A stretch of 64,000 bases of DNA from an uncultured Chloroflexia bacterium. GTDB taxonomy: Bacteria; Chloroflexota; Limnocylindria; Limnocylindrales; CSP1-4. Shown piece by piece: positions 29,501-39,278 of this stretch. Below the pieces are notes generated by a model. That model was not told where the DNA came from, made no database searches, and worked only from the letters and a program-made list of their open reading frames with translations. The stretch is taken from assembly GCA_963813535.1 (NCBI GenBank), contig CAWEZH010000002.1, positions 1,248,001-1,312,000 on the forward strand, read 5' to 3'. Numbering within the stretch: the stretch's first letter is position 1; each line of letters opens with the position of its first letter. Position numbers and translations under genes: made by a program.

Positions 29501-30108
29501 TGGTCGCGCAGCGTGTCCGGAGCCCGCTCGACCTGGTCGACGGTGTCGGGCCGCGCGTGCTGCCACTCGCCACGGTCGGGGCGGACAGCGACTCGCCGGT
29601 CGAGGCGGCAGCGGTGGCCGACCTGGCGCGGTCGATCGTCGGCGGCTCGTGGACGGATGCCGCGGGCATGGCCCGGCCGCTCGAGTGGCGGGACATCCTG
29701 ATCGTCGCCCCGTACAACGCCCAGGTCGGCGCCATCCAGCGGCTGCTGCCGGCCGAGGCACGCGTCGGCACGGTCGACAAGTTCCAGGGGCAGGAGGCAC
29801 CGATCAGCATCTACTCCCTGACGACGTCTTCGCCCGAGCTGGCGCCGCGCGGCATGGACTTCCTCTACAGCCGGAACCGACTGAACGTCGCCACATCGAG
29901 GGCGCGCTGCGTGGCGATCGTCGTGGGCTCGCCGGACCTGTGGCGCGTGCGGGCCAGAACGCCCGCCCAGATGCGGCTCGCCAACGCCTTCTGCCGATTC
30001 GTCGAGCTCGCCGGCCACGTCGGCACCGGGCCAGCGCCCGGGGAGGATGCACTCGCCAGGGCGAGCGGCCGGGGCGACGTCGAGTACCTGACGCTCGACC
30101 TGGTCTGA
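26515..30108 (+). CDS. TM0106 family RecB-like nuclease fused to an SF1 helicase
   Basis: GHADFL..VADTK, FFDIE, QGPPGSGKT, DEAGQ, GDPQQL, TVDKFQGQE, NVATSRAR. Confidence 0.93.
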   Translation: MQSIDGRPVYAATDLVAYLACEHLTELERAAMAGLVKRPMRADPELDVIRKRGFEHEQRYLGELEAAGRTIRRIELDGSIEDDGTRLRAAADQTIAAMASGVDVVFQATFFDGTWRGHADFLLRVDDVDRPSVWGDFHYEVADTKLARHVKASAVLQICSYVDQLERIQGVRPEWLRVVLGGSARAVERLRVDDYMAYYRGARDRFLAAVSDGRPVAYPPPETYPEPVDHCDVCRWAAECAQRRRDDDHLSLVAGISARQRRALGERGIATLEALGDLELPMTPRLDGTSEGALTRVREQARIQLEGRRQRRMRYELLLPPPGEPYEAERGLASLPPPSPGDLFFDIEGDPYAFEDGLDYLFGVLDVDGQFEAIWSRDPDGEFTLQAERTAFESLMDLLMARLDADPSMHVYHYAPYEPTALKRLMGRYGTREAEVDRLLREGVLVDLLRGVRQSLRASVESYSIKKMEAFYDFEREVDLRDAGSSVVAFETWLELGEGERPETDILERIQRYNRDDVVSNQRLRDWLEQRRDELIATGIDVPRPAPRETPLPEDVTETQARVEALAARLIDRDYVPGDGDERPTHVHARWLLAQLLSWHRREDKAMWWDFHRLMDLTPEQLVDESDPIGLLEPVAALDEEVKGKQTWRYAFPPQDFDLTREVYDPAQKQARPDDSPFRWDVGEVVAHDIASGTVDIKRDTSKPHPRAIVPLPWVRAKAHQERLIEIGEWVAEHGIEGPGAHRAIRELLHGMPPRAGQSPGESLARPDESNVEAARRLVLALDHSTLAIQGPPGSGKTFSGARMICTLLAAGKRVGITGTSHKVIGNLLAEVLRAAVDEGIEVRPVQHGQPHQLLEDERVVRAKDADDVRHRLEDGRSNLAAGTSWLWASSKVADGLDVLFVDEAGQISLANVAAMSTATASIVLLGDPQQLDQPLRGSHPPGAERSALAHVLGGAATIAADRGLFLERTWRLHPRLCAFTSEVFYDDRLEPEPHLVAQRVRSPLDLVDGVGPRVLPLATVGADSDSPVEAAAVADLARSIVGGSWTDAAGMARPLEWRDILIVAPYNAQVGAIQRLLPAEARVGTVDKFQGQEAPISIYSLTTSSPELAPRGMDFLYSRNRLNVATSRARCVAIVVGSPDLWRVRARTPAQMRLANAFCRFVELAGHVGTGPAPGEDALARASGRGDVEYLTLDLV

Positions 30109-30133
30109 GTCGTCTCCCGTACCATCGGCCGTC

Positions 30134-31387
30134 ATGGTCGATGCCCGACAGCTGAGTCCCGCGGAACTCGAACGACTCCGCCGGCGCACGGTGGCGACCC
30201 TCATCGGTGGCGTGGCCCTTGGCAGCACCGGGCACATCGCAGCCGTGACGGTGGCGACGATCGTCGCCACGCACATCGCCGGCGGGACCACCATCTGGAG
30301 CGGGGCTCCGACGGCGACGGTCGTCCTCGGCGCTGCCGCCGGCGCGAGCGTCCTGTCGTGGCTGATGGTCCGTCGCGGGCGTCGGGCCGGACTGGCGACC
30401 GGCTACCTGGTAAGCGTGATCGGTGCCTTGATCGCTACGACCTCGGTCGTGATCCTGTCGCTGCCGTTGCTCTTGATCGGCACGGTGCTCATCGGCTTCG
30501 GGAACGCCTCGAACCAGCTGTCCCGCTACGTCGCGGCGGATCTCGCGCCGCCCGACAGGCGAGCATCGGCCATCGGGCTCGTCGTGTGGGGCGCGACCAT
30601 CGGGGCCGTCGCCGGGCCGAACCTCGCAGCACCCGCCGGCCAGGTCGCCGTGGCACTCGGACTCCCCGAGCTCAGCGGCCCATACCTCGTGCCGATCCTC
30701 TTCGTCGGTGCCGCTGCCGTCCTGTCGTTCGTGATGTTGCGACCCGATCCGTACGAGCTTGCCGATGTGTCGTCACGGCACGAGGACGCGGGCGAGCGAT
30801 CGGTCGCCGTCTCGCTGGCAAGCGTCCTCGCCCGCCCGAACGTGCCCGTCGCGATCGTCGCCCTGGTCGCGGGGCAATTCGTCATGGTGTTGATCATGAC
30901 GATGACCCCGCTCCACATGGCCGGCCATGGCCACGACCTGGCGGCTGTCGGGGTCGTCATCAGCGGCCATACCTTCGGGATGTTCGGGCTGTCACCGATC
31001 TCCGGCCGGCTGACCGATCGATTCGGGAGCGTCCCGGTCATCCTGGCCGGTCTCGGTGTGGTGGCGATCGCCTCGATCCTGGCCGCCGTGGCACCACCGT
31101 CGGGCGGCGTGCTGCTGTTTCTCGCGCTCTTCCTGCTGGGATACGGCTGGAACCTCGGGTACGTGGCGGGTTCGGCCCTCTTGACACACGGCCTGTCGCT
31201 CGCCGAGCGGACGCGCATCCAGGGATTGACCGACACGCTCATCTGGAGCTCGGCGGCGGTCGCGAGCCTGGGGTCTGGGATCGTCCTCGCGTACGCGGGC
31301 TACGCGATCCTGGGTCTCATGGGTGCTGCGCTGGTCATCGTGCCGGCCATGCTGGTCATGGCACGCCGCTCGGCCGTCACGGGCTAG
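30134..31387 (+). CDS. MFS transporter
   Basis: About 12 TM segments; RRGRR and GRLTDRFG motif A. Confidence 0.92.
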   Translation: MVDARQLSPAELERLRRRTVATLIGGVALGSTGHIAAVTVATIVATHIAGGTTIWSGAPTATVVLGAAAGASVLSWLMVRRGRRAGLATGYLVSVIGALIATTSVVILSLPLLLIGTVLIGFGNASNQLSRYVAADLAPPDRRASAIGLVVWGATIGAVAGPNLAAPAGQVAVALGLPELSGPYLVPILFVGAAAVLSFVMLRPDPYELADVSSRHEDAGERSVAVSLASVLARPNVPVAIVALVAGQFVMVLIMTMTPLHMAGHGHDLAAVGVVISGHTFGMFGLSPISGRLTDRFGSVPVILAGLGVVAIASILAAVAPPSGGVLLFLALFLLGYGWNLGYVAGSALLTHGLSLAERTRIQGLTDTLIWSSAAVASLGSGIVLAYAGYAILGLMGAALVIVPAMLVMARRSAVTG

Positions 31388-32635
31388 CCCGGCAACGAGC
31401 CGCCGATCTCGCTGCGGACCCACTCGACCAGCACGAGCGCGCAGGTTTCGACCTCGTCGAGCGGGACGAACTCGTCGGCGCTGTGCGCGACCCGGACATC
31501 CCCCGGCCCGAAGATCACGCACGGCGTGTCGCCGTGGTTAATGAACATCTGCATGTCGGCGCCGTACGGCTCCCCGAGCAACGCCGGTCGGCGGCCCGTG
31601 ACACGTTCGGCTGCTGCTGCCAGACCGACCGGCAACGGATGATCCGACGGAACCCTTGCCGACCCGAACCGCCCGCCCGTGATCTCGACCGTCGCCGGGT
31701 GATCCCGTAGGAAATCGTCGCTCGGCGCACGCCGTATCGACGGCCGACCGGAGATCGGCCTCGGCCTCGGCCGGGGTCTGGCCGAGTCGCACGCCATACC
31801 GACCGTATGCCACGACGCGGTCGAGGACGGTCGATGCCCACTCCCCGCCCTCGACGATGCCGATGATCGTGGGATACGGGAGGCCGAGCGCCGTCATCAG
31901 CGGATCCGTCTCGGCATCGTTCCGCTGTCGCTCGTCTGCTTCGAGCGCCTGCGTGAGCACGAAGAGCTTGTCGAGCGCTGATACCCCTTCGCGACGCTGC
32001 GAGGCATGCGCTGCGCGGCCGGGCACCGTGAGCCGGAATGTGATCGCACCCGCGTGGGCGATCACGACATCGAGCTGCGATGGCTCGGTGATCACGGCGA
32101 GGTCACCGACGGCGCCGGCACGGATCGCGGCGAGCGTGCCCTGTCCGCCGTCCTCCTCGGATGGCACGAGCACCACCACCAGCTCACCCGCGAGGTCGGT
32201 CAGGCCGCCGGCTTCGGAGGCCAGGGAACGGACCGCAGCCAGGATCGCCGCGACACCGCCCTTCATGTCGCACGCCCCGCGGCCGTACAGCCGTCCGTCG
32301 CGGATCTCGGCGGCCCACGGATCGACCGTCCACGTCGATGGATCGCCAGGTGGCACCACGTCGAGATGACCGGACAGGATCAGTCGTCGGCCACCCTGCT
32401 TCCCGCCGCGCCCAACGATGACCGGCAGCGTGGACCGTGTCATCTCCTCGCCCGGCCAGGCCGGATCCTGACGCGACGTGTCCAGGTCGGGCCGGATGAC
32501 TTCGACCCTGAGACCGAGCTCCTGGAGCGCGCCAGCGGCCCAGTCGGCGACGACTTCCTCGGACCCGGTGATGCTCCTGATCCGGACGAGTGTGGTCAGG
32601 TCGTCGAGGAGCCGATCCGGATCGATCTCAGCCAC
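31384..32635 (-). CDS. ArgE/DapE (M20) deacylase, frameshift near 31722
   Basis: GHLDVV, GRGACDMKGG, SEEDGG, GRAAHAS; C-terminus GPGDVRVAHSADEFV in a second frame. Confidence 0.88.
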
Positions 32636-33491
32636 GAAGGATCGGGCGGGTCATGCAGGTCGGTCCGCCGGAACCGTTGATGCCGATCTCGATCGCCGGA
32701 TACGTGTGGACTTCGCACCCAGCGGCCGCCAGCGCCGCAGACGTGACCGGGTTGCCCTCGGCGAGGATGACCACGCCTGGACGGACAGCGAGCACATTGC
32801 AGCCGAGCGTCGTGAACTCCTCATCCGGGACCTCGATCAGTCGGACACCCAGGTCCTGCAGCAGTTCCCATAGGCCGACCGGCAGCAGCGGCAGGTAGAC
32901 CACCGCGAGGTCGTCGGCGACCGGCGAGATCACGCTCAACAGGTGGATCAGCTCACCCGCTCCCTTCCAGTAGGGCACATCGAAGGTCCGGATGTCACCG
33001 CCGACCAGCTCCGCCAGCTGCGCCAGGCCTGACGAATTCGAGCGCAACGTGCGCCCGACACAGAAGAGGTCCGGCCGCAGCCAGAAGGTGTCGCCGCCCT
33101 CGACGGTGCCGGATGGCTCGATGCGGCCCAGGGTCGGGATGCCCGCAGCGGACATCCAGCGCTCGAGGACGGCCGGCTCGCCCGCCCGATTCGGCTTGCC
33201 CGGCCGCAACGGGATCGCGCCGCGATCCGTGACCAGCAACGGGTCGAAGGTGTAGACGAGGTCGGGGTCGTCCAACTCCTCATCGAGCACGTGGACGGTC
33301 GGCCCGAGCTTCGCCAGCACCTCCACGAAGGCTTCGTGCTCCCGACGCGCCACCTCGAGGTCGACCGCGTGCAGGAAGCCGTGGGCCGGATCGTCGAACG
33401 CGCGCCCGAATGCCTGGCCCGGTCGCTTGACGAGCACGTCCCGGAGCGGTGCGGTCATGCTCTGGGCGCCGTAGCCCTGGGCGGTGATCAT
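32628..33491 (-). CDS. Amidinotransferase / dimethylargininase family protein
   Basis: YTFD, EGGD, IHL, GCNVL, GSGGPTCMTRP. Confidence 0.92.
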   Translation of the reverse strand: MITAQGYGAQSMTAPLRDVLVKRPGQAFGRAFDDPAHGFLHAVDLEVARREHEAFVEVLAKLGPTVHVLDEELDDPDLVYTFDPLLVTDRGAIPLRPGKPNRAGEPAVLERWMSAAGIPTLGRIEPSGTVEGGDTFWLRPDLFCVGRTLRSNSSGLAQLAELVGGDIRTFDVPYWKGAGELIHLLSVISPVADDLAVVYLPLLPVGLWELLQDLGVRLIEVPDEEFTTLGCNVLAVRPGVVILAEGNPVTSAALAAAGCEVHTYPAIEIGINGSGGPTCMTRPILRG

Positions 33492-33558
33492 CGGCGAAGG
33501 ATAGCCGCGGGCCCGGCGGCCGGAGTACGCTGCCGGGACCATGGCCGCCTATGCCGTG

Positions 33559-33795
33559 ATGGCTCGCATCGACCGCGTCGATCCGCACCTCGCGCTGCGC
33601 GACGTCAAGCGGGTTGCCGATCGCGACGAGCCGCCCGCCGGGCTGTCGACCGGTGAGGCGAGCGACGACGTCGCTGCCATCGAGATCGACCGCGCGTCGG
33701 AGCCCGGCCCCATCGCCGAACGGCTCACCCGACTCCACGAGCTGTGGCGACAGACGACCTTCTACCTGTTCGATGCGGAGAGCTGGCGGACCTGA
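33559..33795 (+). CDS. Small hypothetical protein
   Basis: 78 aa with an ordered-looking C-terminus WRQTTFYLFDAESWR; good codon bias. Confidence 0.6.
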   Translation: MARIDRVDPHLALRDVKRVADRDEPPAGLSTGEASDDVAAIEIDRASEPGPIAERLTRLHELWRQTTFYLFDAESWRT

Positions 33796-33820
33796 TCCCG
33801 GACCAGCGCGGCGGGCCGGG

Positions 33821-36309
33821 TCAGCCCCAGCGTTCCTGCCGATCGACCGACTCGAGCCAGTCATGCGCGGCTGCCTCGGCCGCATCGTGTGACATGGGGT
33901 CGGCCATGGCGCGGTGGAGGGCAGTCCACGTCGCCTCCTTCGAACGCATGCCGGCGAGCTCCGCGTGGTCGGGCGACGGGACGGTCCCACCCGGATCGGT
34001 CGGCGCGTCGCCCGCGCTGGTCGCCGACCGACCGGACGTGCGCCGCCTCGGGAGGTTCATCACCAACGCGAACAGGACCACCACCAGGGTCATGATCGGG
34101 ACGGGCGTCTCGAAGACGTCCTGACCGAGCCGCATCGCCGCCGCAGCCGGGCCGTTCTGGACGCGGAAGGGTATGACCATGGCCCCGCTGCCGGTCCCGG
34201 ACGCGATCGTCGCATCGGTACGCAGGAAGAGCCTGTGGGGGCCGTCCGACAGCGTGGTCGTGTCGATCGTGATGGGGCCCTTGTACTGCGCGTTCTGCTC
34301 GAAGATCACGCGCCCGCGGTCGACCGGCTCGGCGTGGAACTTGGGATCGACCGAGACGAGCACGTGGGTGACGGGCGATCCGCCGGACCCCTTGGCGAGA
34401 CTCACGCCGAAGGTCCACAAACCCGAAACCGGTCCGCTCGGCAGGTTCGAGGTGAGCCGCGCATTCTCGTAGTCCGTGCCCGTGTACCAGCCGCGCGCCT
34501 CGATGTGTGGCGGCGTTCGGTAGTTGCGGACGGGTCGGCCGCCGCCGTTGGCCAGGGTCGCCGACCACCCGGTGGACGTATAGCCGATGGTGCCGTCAGG
34601 GGACGTCACCTTTGCGTGGAAACGGAACTCCAGGTAGCCGTCCACCGGGACCCTGGTCGTGTCGTAGTCGAGGTGGTACCAGAGATCGCATTGGGCGGTC
34701 GGGCACCGGTAATTCGGCAGGGCCGCGACCTGGTTGACGTCGAGGCTGTCGCCGAACACCGAGACATCGACCTCGTTCAGGGTGCCCGGATTCATGTGGA
34801 GCTGGACATGCATGTCGAGCGGGACGATCCCCCTGATCGGTTGGTCCAGCGGGAAGCACGTCGACAGGTGGACGTGCTGGCTCATCCCCTCCACGGGCAC
34901 GCCTGGCACCGCCCACCAGTCCTGGGTTTCGAGCATCACTCGCGGCTCGGCGTAGCCCGTGCAGTTCACGGGGTCGGGCCCGGACGGCGGTGTCGGCGTC
35001 GGCGTGGCGGTCGGGGTCGGCGTCGGTTCAGGCGTGGGCGTCGGCGTCGGGACCGGTGTCGGTGTGGGCGTCGGAGTCGAGGTCGGGGTCGGCTCCGGTG
35101 TCGCCGTCGGGGTCGGTTCGGCGGTCGCCGTCGGCGTCGGGGTCGGGGTCGCAAGGGCGGCGTCGAGGACCTCGATCCTCGTGGTGATCGCGACCTGGGG
35201 CCTCACGCCATCGCCGACGGTCAACGTGACGTCGTAGAAGCCCGGTGTCGCGTACGTGTGCAGCGGGTTCGCCGATGTGCCGTGCGGGGACGAATCGCCG
35301 TAGTCCCAGTCCCAGATCGTCGGTGCGCCTGATGACGTGTCCGTGAACTGCATGTCGAGCGACGACGGCACCTGACCGAAACCGAAGCTCGCGGCCAGCG
35401 GTGGCGGGGTCGGTGTCGCGGTGGGCGTCGGTGTCGGTGTCGGGGTCGGCGTCGGGGTCGGCGTCGGTGTCGGTGTCGGGGTCGGCGTCGGGGTTGGTGT
35501 TGCGGTCGGTGTGGGCGTCGGTGTGGCTGTTGGTGTCGGCGTGGGTGTCGGGGTCGGTGTCGGGGTGGGTGTCGGCGGTGGGCGTCGGTCGGTGTGGGCG
35601 TCGGTGTCGGCGTTGCGGTCGGTGTGGGCGTCGGTGTCGGCGTTGGTGTCGGGGTCGGTGTCGGGGTTGGTGTCGGAGTCGGAGCCGCGGTCGGTGTCGG
35701 CGTCGGGGTCGGAGTAGCCGTCGCTGTGGTCAGCACGAGCTGTGGCGGGTTCGCCCCCTCGCGGCTCGAGAAGATCACGCTGTTCGTGTTCGTCGTCGTG
35801 ATCCCGATCGAGTACGTACCGTTGCCGGGGAATGACGCGGGAGGTAGGACCAGCTCGGCCCAGGTGTTGGCAGTGACGGCCCCGATCGTGCCCAGCGCAG
35901 CACCCATCGCCGGCTTGTTGTTCCAGGTCACCGTGGTCTCCGCCCAGGTGGCCGTGACCGCGAAGAACCGGCCACCCACCGGACTCGCGTCGGTGACGAA
36001 GAGGCGCAAGCGCGCAGCCGTCATCGTTCCGGTCATGCCGGAGACGGCGAAACGCATGTAGACCCGATACTCGGGTGTGGGAGCACGGACCTGAAGGGTC
36101 GGCTGGGTGCCCTTGTTGCTCGTCGGCCCCGATGTCGTCACGAGGGCATCGGCGTTGCTGAGGAACGTCGACGTGGCGGCGTATGTGACCCGGGCGCCAC
36201 CGAACCCCACGCTCCATCCGATCAGGATCGTGACGATGACAGCCGTCACGGCATTCCTGTTCGGTCGGACCGGCTGGGGACGCGCTGCTCGGGGCTCGTG
36301 CTGGGGCAT
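33821..36309 (-). CDS. Secreted or membrane-anchored protein: DNRLRE-like, PT linker, PKD, PT linker, unknown domain, TM; frameshift within the PT repeat near 35580
   Basis: Signal peptide; [32 protein letters not shown]; [33 protein letters not shown]; C-terminal hydrophobic segment. Confidence 0.8.
34985..35152 (-). repeat. Pro-Thr low-complexity coding repeat
   Basis: Degenerate 6-bp periodicity. Confidence 0.85.
35400..35720 (-). repeat. Long Pro-Thr coding repeat
   Basis: Degenerate GTCGG[TCG] 6-bp periodicity over about 320 bp. Confidence 0.9.
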
Positions 36310-36376
36310 GAGCCAAGATCCCCCTGTTTCCAGCCGTCAACACCGTAACACGCCCATATCGCCGACACGTGGCGAT

Positions 36377-36393
36377 ATCGCAAACGCATAACA
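36377..36393 (-). promoter_or_regulatory. Direct-repeat box TGTTAT-gcgtt-TGCGAT
   Basis: Upstream of the PT surface protein; TACGGT on the minus strand at 36347-36342. Confidence 0.5.
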
Positions 36394-36395
36394 GG

Positions 36396-37523
36396 CTATG
36401 TAGGCGGCTCCCCGAATCGGGCCGGATCGAGCGCGGCCGGGATCGGTGATCCGATACCCGCCACGAGGTCGGCGATCAGGCGTCCCGAAGCAGGTCCGGT
36501 CGAGATGCCCCACGGTCCGTGGCCGGCCGCGACCCACAGCCCATGCGTCCCAGGGACTCGCCCGATCAGCGGCCGCCCGTCAAGGCTGAGTGGTCGGGCG
36601 CATAGGCGGGGCAGATCGCGCGGGGCGTCGCCGATGGCCGGGACGAACGACGCTCCACGCCGCACGATGGACGACACCAGCGCCAACGGGTCCGGCTCCT
36701 CGACCAGGAAGGTCGAGCCCAATGAGCTGGAACCCGCCGCGGTGACGAGGCTGAACGCGTGGGCGGCGTCATCGTCTTCCTCGATGTCGGGCTCGATCGA
36801 GATCTCCGCTTCCTCGAGCACATGCCGCGGTGGTTCGGCCAGCCGTACCGGCACCACCACGCCCCAGCGACGAACGATCGGCTGCCAGGCGCCACTCGGA
36901 TCGACGATCCCCGGCGTCCATGGGCCCGCGGCCACCACCACGTCACTCGCGGCGAGGCGCTCTCCATCGGCGATGCCGACGCCGAGCACCCGCTCGCCGT
37001 CGCGCCAGATCCGCGCGTCACCGAACCGGATCTCGACACCGCGGTGCTCGGCCAGCAGGCGGTACGCGTGCGTCGCGGCCGCCGGCGCCACGGGGTACCC
37101 GATCGATAGACGGCACGCGGCCACCCCATCCGCGAGTGACGGCTCGAGCCGTCGGACCTCGGATGGTGCGAGAAAGGACGGCTCGAGTTGGGGATACATC
37201 GATGCCAGCTCGGCCGCCACGCGTCGCACACCGTCGACGTCGCGGGTGACGCTCAGCAAGCCCGCGGGCTCTGGGGCGATGTCGAGCCCGTCCAGCTCGC
37301 GATACATCGCGAGCGTCTCGACATACAACTCGATCAGGACGCTGTCGAAGGGGTGCTGGACGACACCCGAGTTCCGACCCGATGCACCCGCCGCGATGGC
37401 GGTCTTCTCGACGAGCACGACCCGCCGACCGCCTTCCGCAAGATGCGCCGCGGCCGAGACACCGACGATACCGCCGCCGATGACGACGACATCGACCGTC
37501 GGGCGGGTGCGCTGCGCAGGCAT
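36396..37523 (-). CDS. FAD-dependent oxidoreductase (DAO/glycine oxidase family)
   Basis: [35 protein letters not shown]. Confidence 0.92.
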   Translation of the reverse strand: MPAQRTRPTVDVVVIGGGIVGVSAAAHLAEGGRRVVLVEKTAIAAGASGRNSGVVQHPFDSVLIELYVETLAMYRELDGLDIAPEPAGLLSVTRDVDGVRRVAAELASMYPQLEPSFLAPSEVRRLEPSLADGVAACRLSIGYPVAPAAATHAYRLLAEHRGVEIRFGDARIWRDGERVLGVGIADGERLAASDVVVAAGPWTPGIVDPSGAWQPIVRRWGVVVPVRLAEPPRHVLEEAEISIEPDIEEDDDAAHAFSLVTAAGSSSLGSTFLVEEPDPLALVSSIVRRGASFVPAIGDAPRDLPRLCARPLSLDGRPLIGRVPGTHGLWVAAGHGPWGISTGPASGRLIADLVAGIGSPIPAALDPARFGEPPT

Positions 37524-37589
37524 CGGCCGATGATGGCATGGACCAACCCCCGTGGATCCGGCGGTCCGATGCGGAGCCGCCGAGCGGTG

Positions 37590-37603
37590 GTTGCGTTGTC
37601 AAC
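37590..37603. promoter_or_regulatory. GTTG-N6-CAAC inverted repeat, candidate MarR operator
   Basis: gttgcgttgtcaac about 30 bp upstream of the MarR gene. Confidence 0.4.
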
Positions 37604-37634
37604 GACTACGGGAACGTGTACCATCCCGGACGGC

Positions 37635-38132
37635 ATGACCCTCACCGACCACGCTGACGCGCGGCCCCTCTCGTCGCGCGACCCGAGACTGGAGCCCTGG
37701 CGCGCCTTCCTTACCGCCCATGCCCGCGTCACGCGTCGGCTGGACGAGGAGCTGCGTGCCGAGCACGACCTCTCGCTGGCTGAGTACGACGCGCTCCTGA
37801 CGATCGCCGATGCACCAGAACGCCGGATCCGGATGCGACAACTCGCCGATCGCGTGATCCTCAGCAAGAGCGGTGTCACGCGGTTGATCGACCGTCTCGT
37901 GCTCGATGGCCTGGTGGAGCGCAAGGCCTGCGCAAGTGACGCTCGTGGTGCCGAGGCGGTCTTGACGTCGGCGGGTCTCGAGCGCCTCCGCCGAGCGTCG
38001 CGGACCCATCTGCGAGGGATCGCCCAGCACTTCCTCGCCGCCGTCGAAGACGCCGACATCCCGACCATCCAGCGGTCGATGCTGGCGGTCGCCGACCATG
38101 CCGGTCCGGGCAGCGGCGACGCCTCCGACTGA
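37635..38132 (+). CDS. MarR family regulator
   Basis: WRAFLTAHARV..LSLAEYDAL..LSKSGVTRLIDRL..DARG. Confidence 0.93.
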   Translation: MTLTDHADARPLSSRDPRLEPWRAFLTAHARVTRRLDEELRAEHDLSLAEYDALLTIADAPERRIRMRQLADRVILSKSGVTRLIDRLVLDGLVERKACASDARGAEAVLTSAGLERLRRASRTHLRGIAQHFLAAVEDADIPTIQRSMLAVADHAGPGSGDASD

Positions 38133-38862
38133 CGACGCCGGCTCGTCCGGTCGGGGCCGGCTGTACGTTGGCACGAGCGGGTTCGCCTATCCAGGCTGGA
38201 GCCCGCGCTTCTACCCGCGTGGACTGAAGGGCGACGGCTTCCTCCGCCACTACGCGTCCCTGTTGCCGGCGGTCGAGCTCAACAACACGTTCTACCAATC
38301 GCCATCGCCGTCGAAGGTCGCGACCTGGCTCGACGCGACCCCGCCCGACTTCCGCTTCAGCGTCAAGGCCCAGCGCGGCGGGTCGTGGAGGGCCATGGGC
38401 GGGTCACCCGATCAGGGGCTGCCCTGGCTCACGGACCCGATCCGGAAGTTCGGCGACAAGCTCGGGACCATCCTGTTCCGCGTCCCGGACACGGCGAAGC
38501 GCGATGACGACCGACTCGGGGCGCTGCTGGAGGCGTGGCCCAGGGAGCTGCCCTTGACCATCGAGTTCAGGGATCCCACCTGGGCCGTCGACGAGGTCAC
38601 GACGCTGTTGCGAGATGCGGGGGCCGTGCTCTGCACGACGGAGGCCGCCGAGGACGAGGGACCGCCGACACTTCGGCGCACCGGCTCATTCCTCTATCTC
38701 CGTCTCCGCCGACACGACTACGCACCGGTCGAGGTCGCCGCGTGGCACGACCGGCTCGAGCCGTTCCTCGCCGCAGGCGACGACGCGTTCGTCTTCTTTC
38801 GCCACGATGAGACGGGTCGTGGCGCCGAGCTGGCTCTCGAGCTCGGCGCGACCTTCGATTAG
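38098..38862 (+). CDS. DUF72 family protein
   Basis: VGTSGFAY, VELNNTFY, FRFSVKA, IEFRDPTW, YLRLR. Confidence 0.92.
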   Translation: MPVRAAATPPTDDAGSSGRGRLYVGTSGFAYPGWSPRFYPRGLKGDGFLRHYASLLPAVELNNTFYQSPSPSKVATWLDATPPDFRFSVKAQRGGSWRAMGGSPDQGLPWLTDPIRKFGDKLGTILFRVPDTAKRDDDRLGALLEAWPRELPLTIEFRDPTWAVDEVTTLLRDAGAVLCTTEAAEDEGPPTLRRTGSFLYLRLRRHDYAPVEVAAWHDRLEPFLAAGDDAFVFFRHDETGRGAELALELGATFD

Positions 38863-39194
38863 CCCGTGCCGCGCGAGTACTCCGCCGGCCCGAACATCAC
38901 GAGCAGGACCAGGCGCTCCTCGATGTCGAGGAAGCGATGCTCGACGGCCGCACCGACGAAGACGACGGATCCGCTTCGGATGGGCCGCACCTCGCCACCG
39001 ACCATGACCTTTGCGCGGCCGGACATCACCACGTACAGCTCGTCCTCGGTGTGGGGCGACTGCGGATCGGTCGCACCGGCATCGAGGACATACAGGCCAC
39101 CCGACAGGTCGGGGACGGAGACGAACTCGTGATAGAGGCGACCGCTCGCCGTCCGAGCCGACTCGAGCTCGTCGAGCTCCCATGCATCCATCAC
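38859..39194 (-). CDS. Cupin domain protein
   Basis: QSPHTEDELYVV..VFVGAAVEHRF. Confidence 0.88.
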   Translation of the reverse strand: MMDAWELDELESARTASGRLYHEFVSVPDLSGGLYVLDAGATDPQSPHTEDELYVVMSGRAKVMVGGEVRPIRSGSVVFVGAAVEHRFLDIEERLVLLVMFGPAEYSRGTG

Positions 39195-39278
39195 CCGAGC
39201 CTACTGCCCAAGCCGGCACCGCGGGGCGGCGAGGTCCGCCTGACGACCCATCCGGACGATCCCCGCTAGCATCCGCCG

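Noticed and set aside
33793-33850. Possible echoed 3' end of the FAD oxidoreductase after the PT protein
   Set aside because: Similarity is weak and GC-driven; no convincing alignment.
34985-35720. Periodic GTCGG repeats as a CRISPR array or satellite
   Set aside because: Degenerate at third codon positions and encodes Pro-Thr linkers; no unique spacers.
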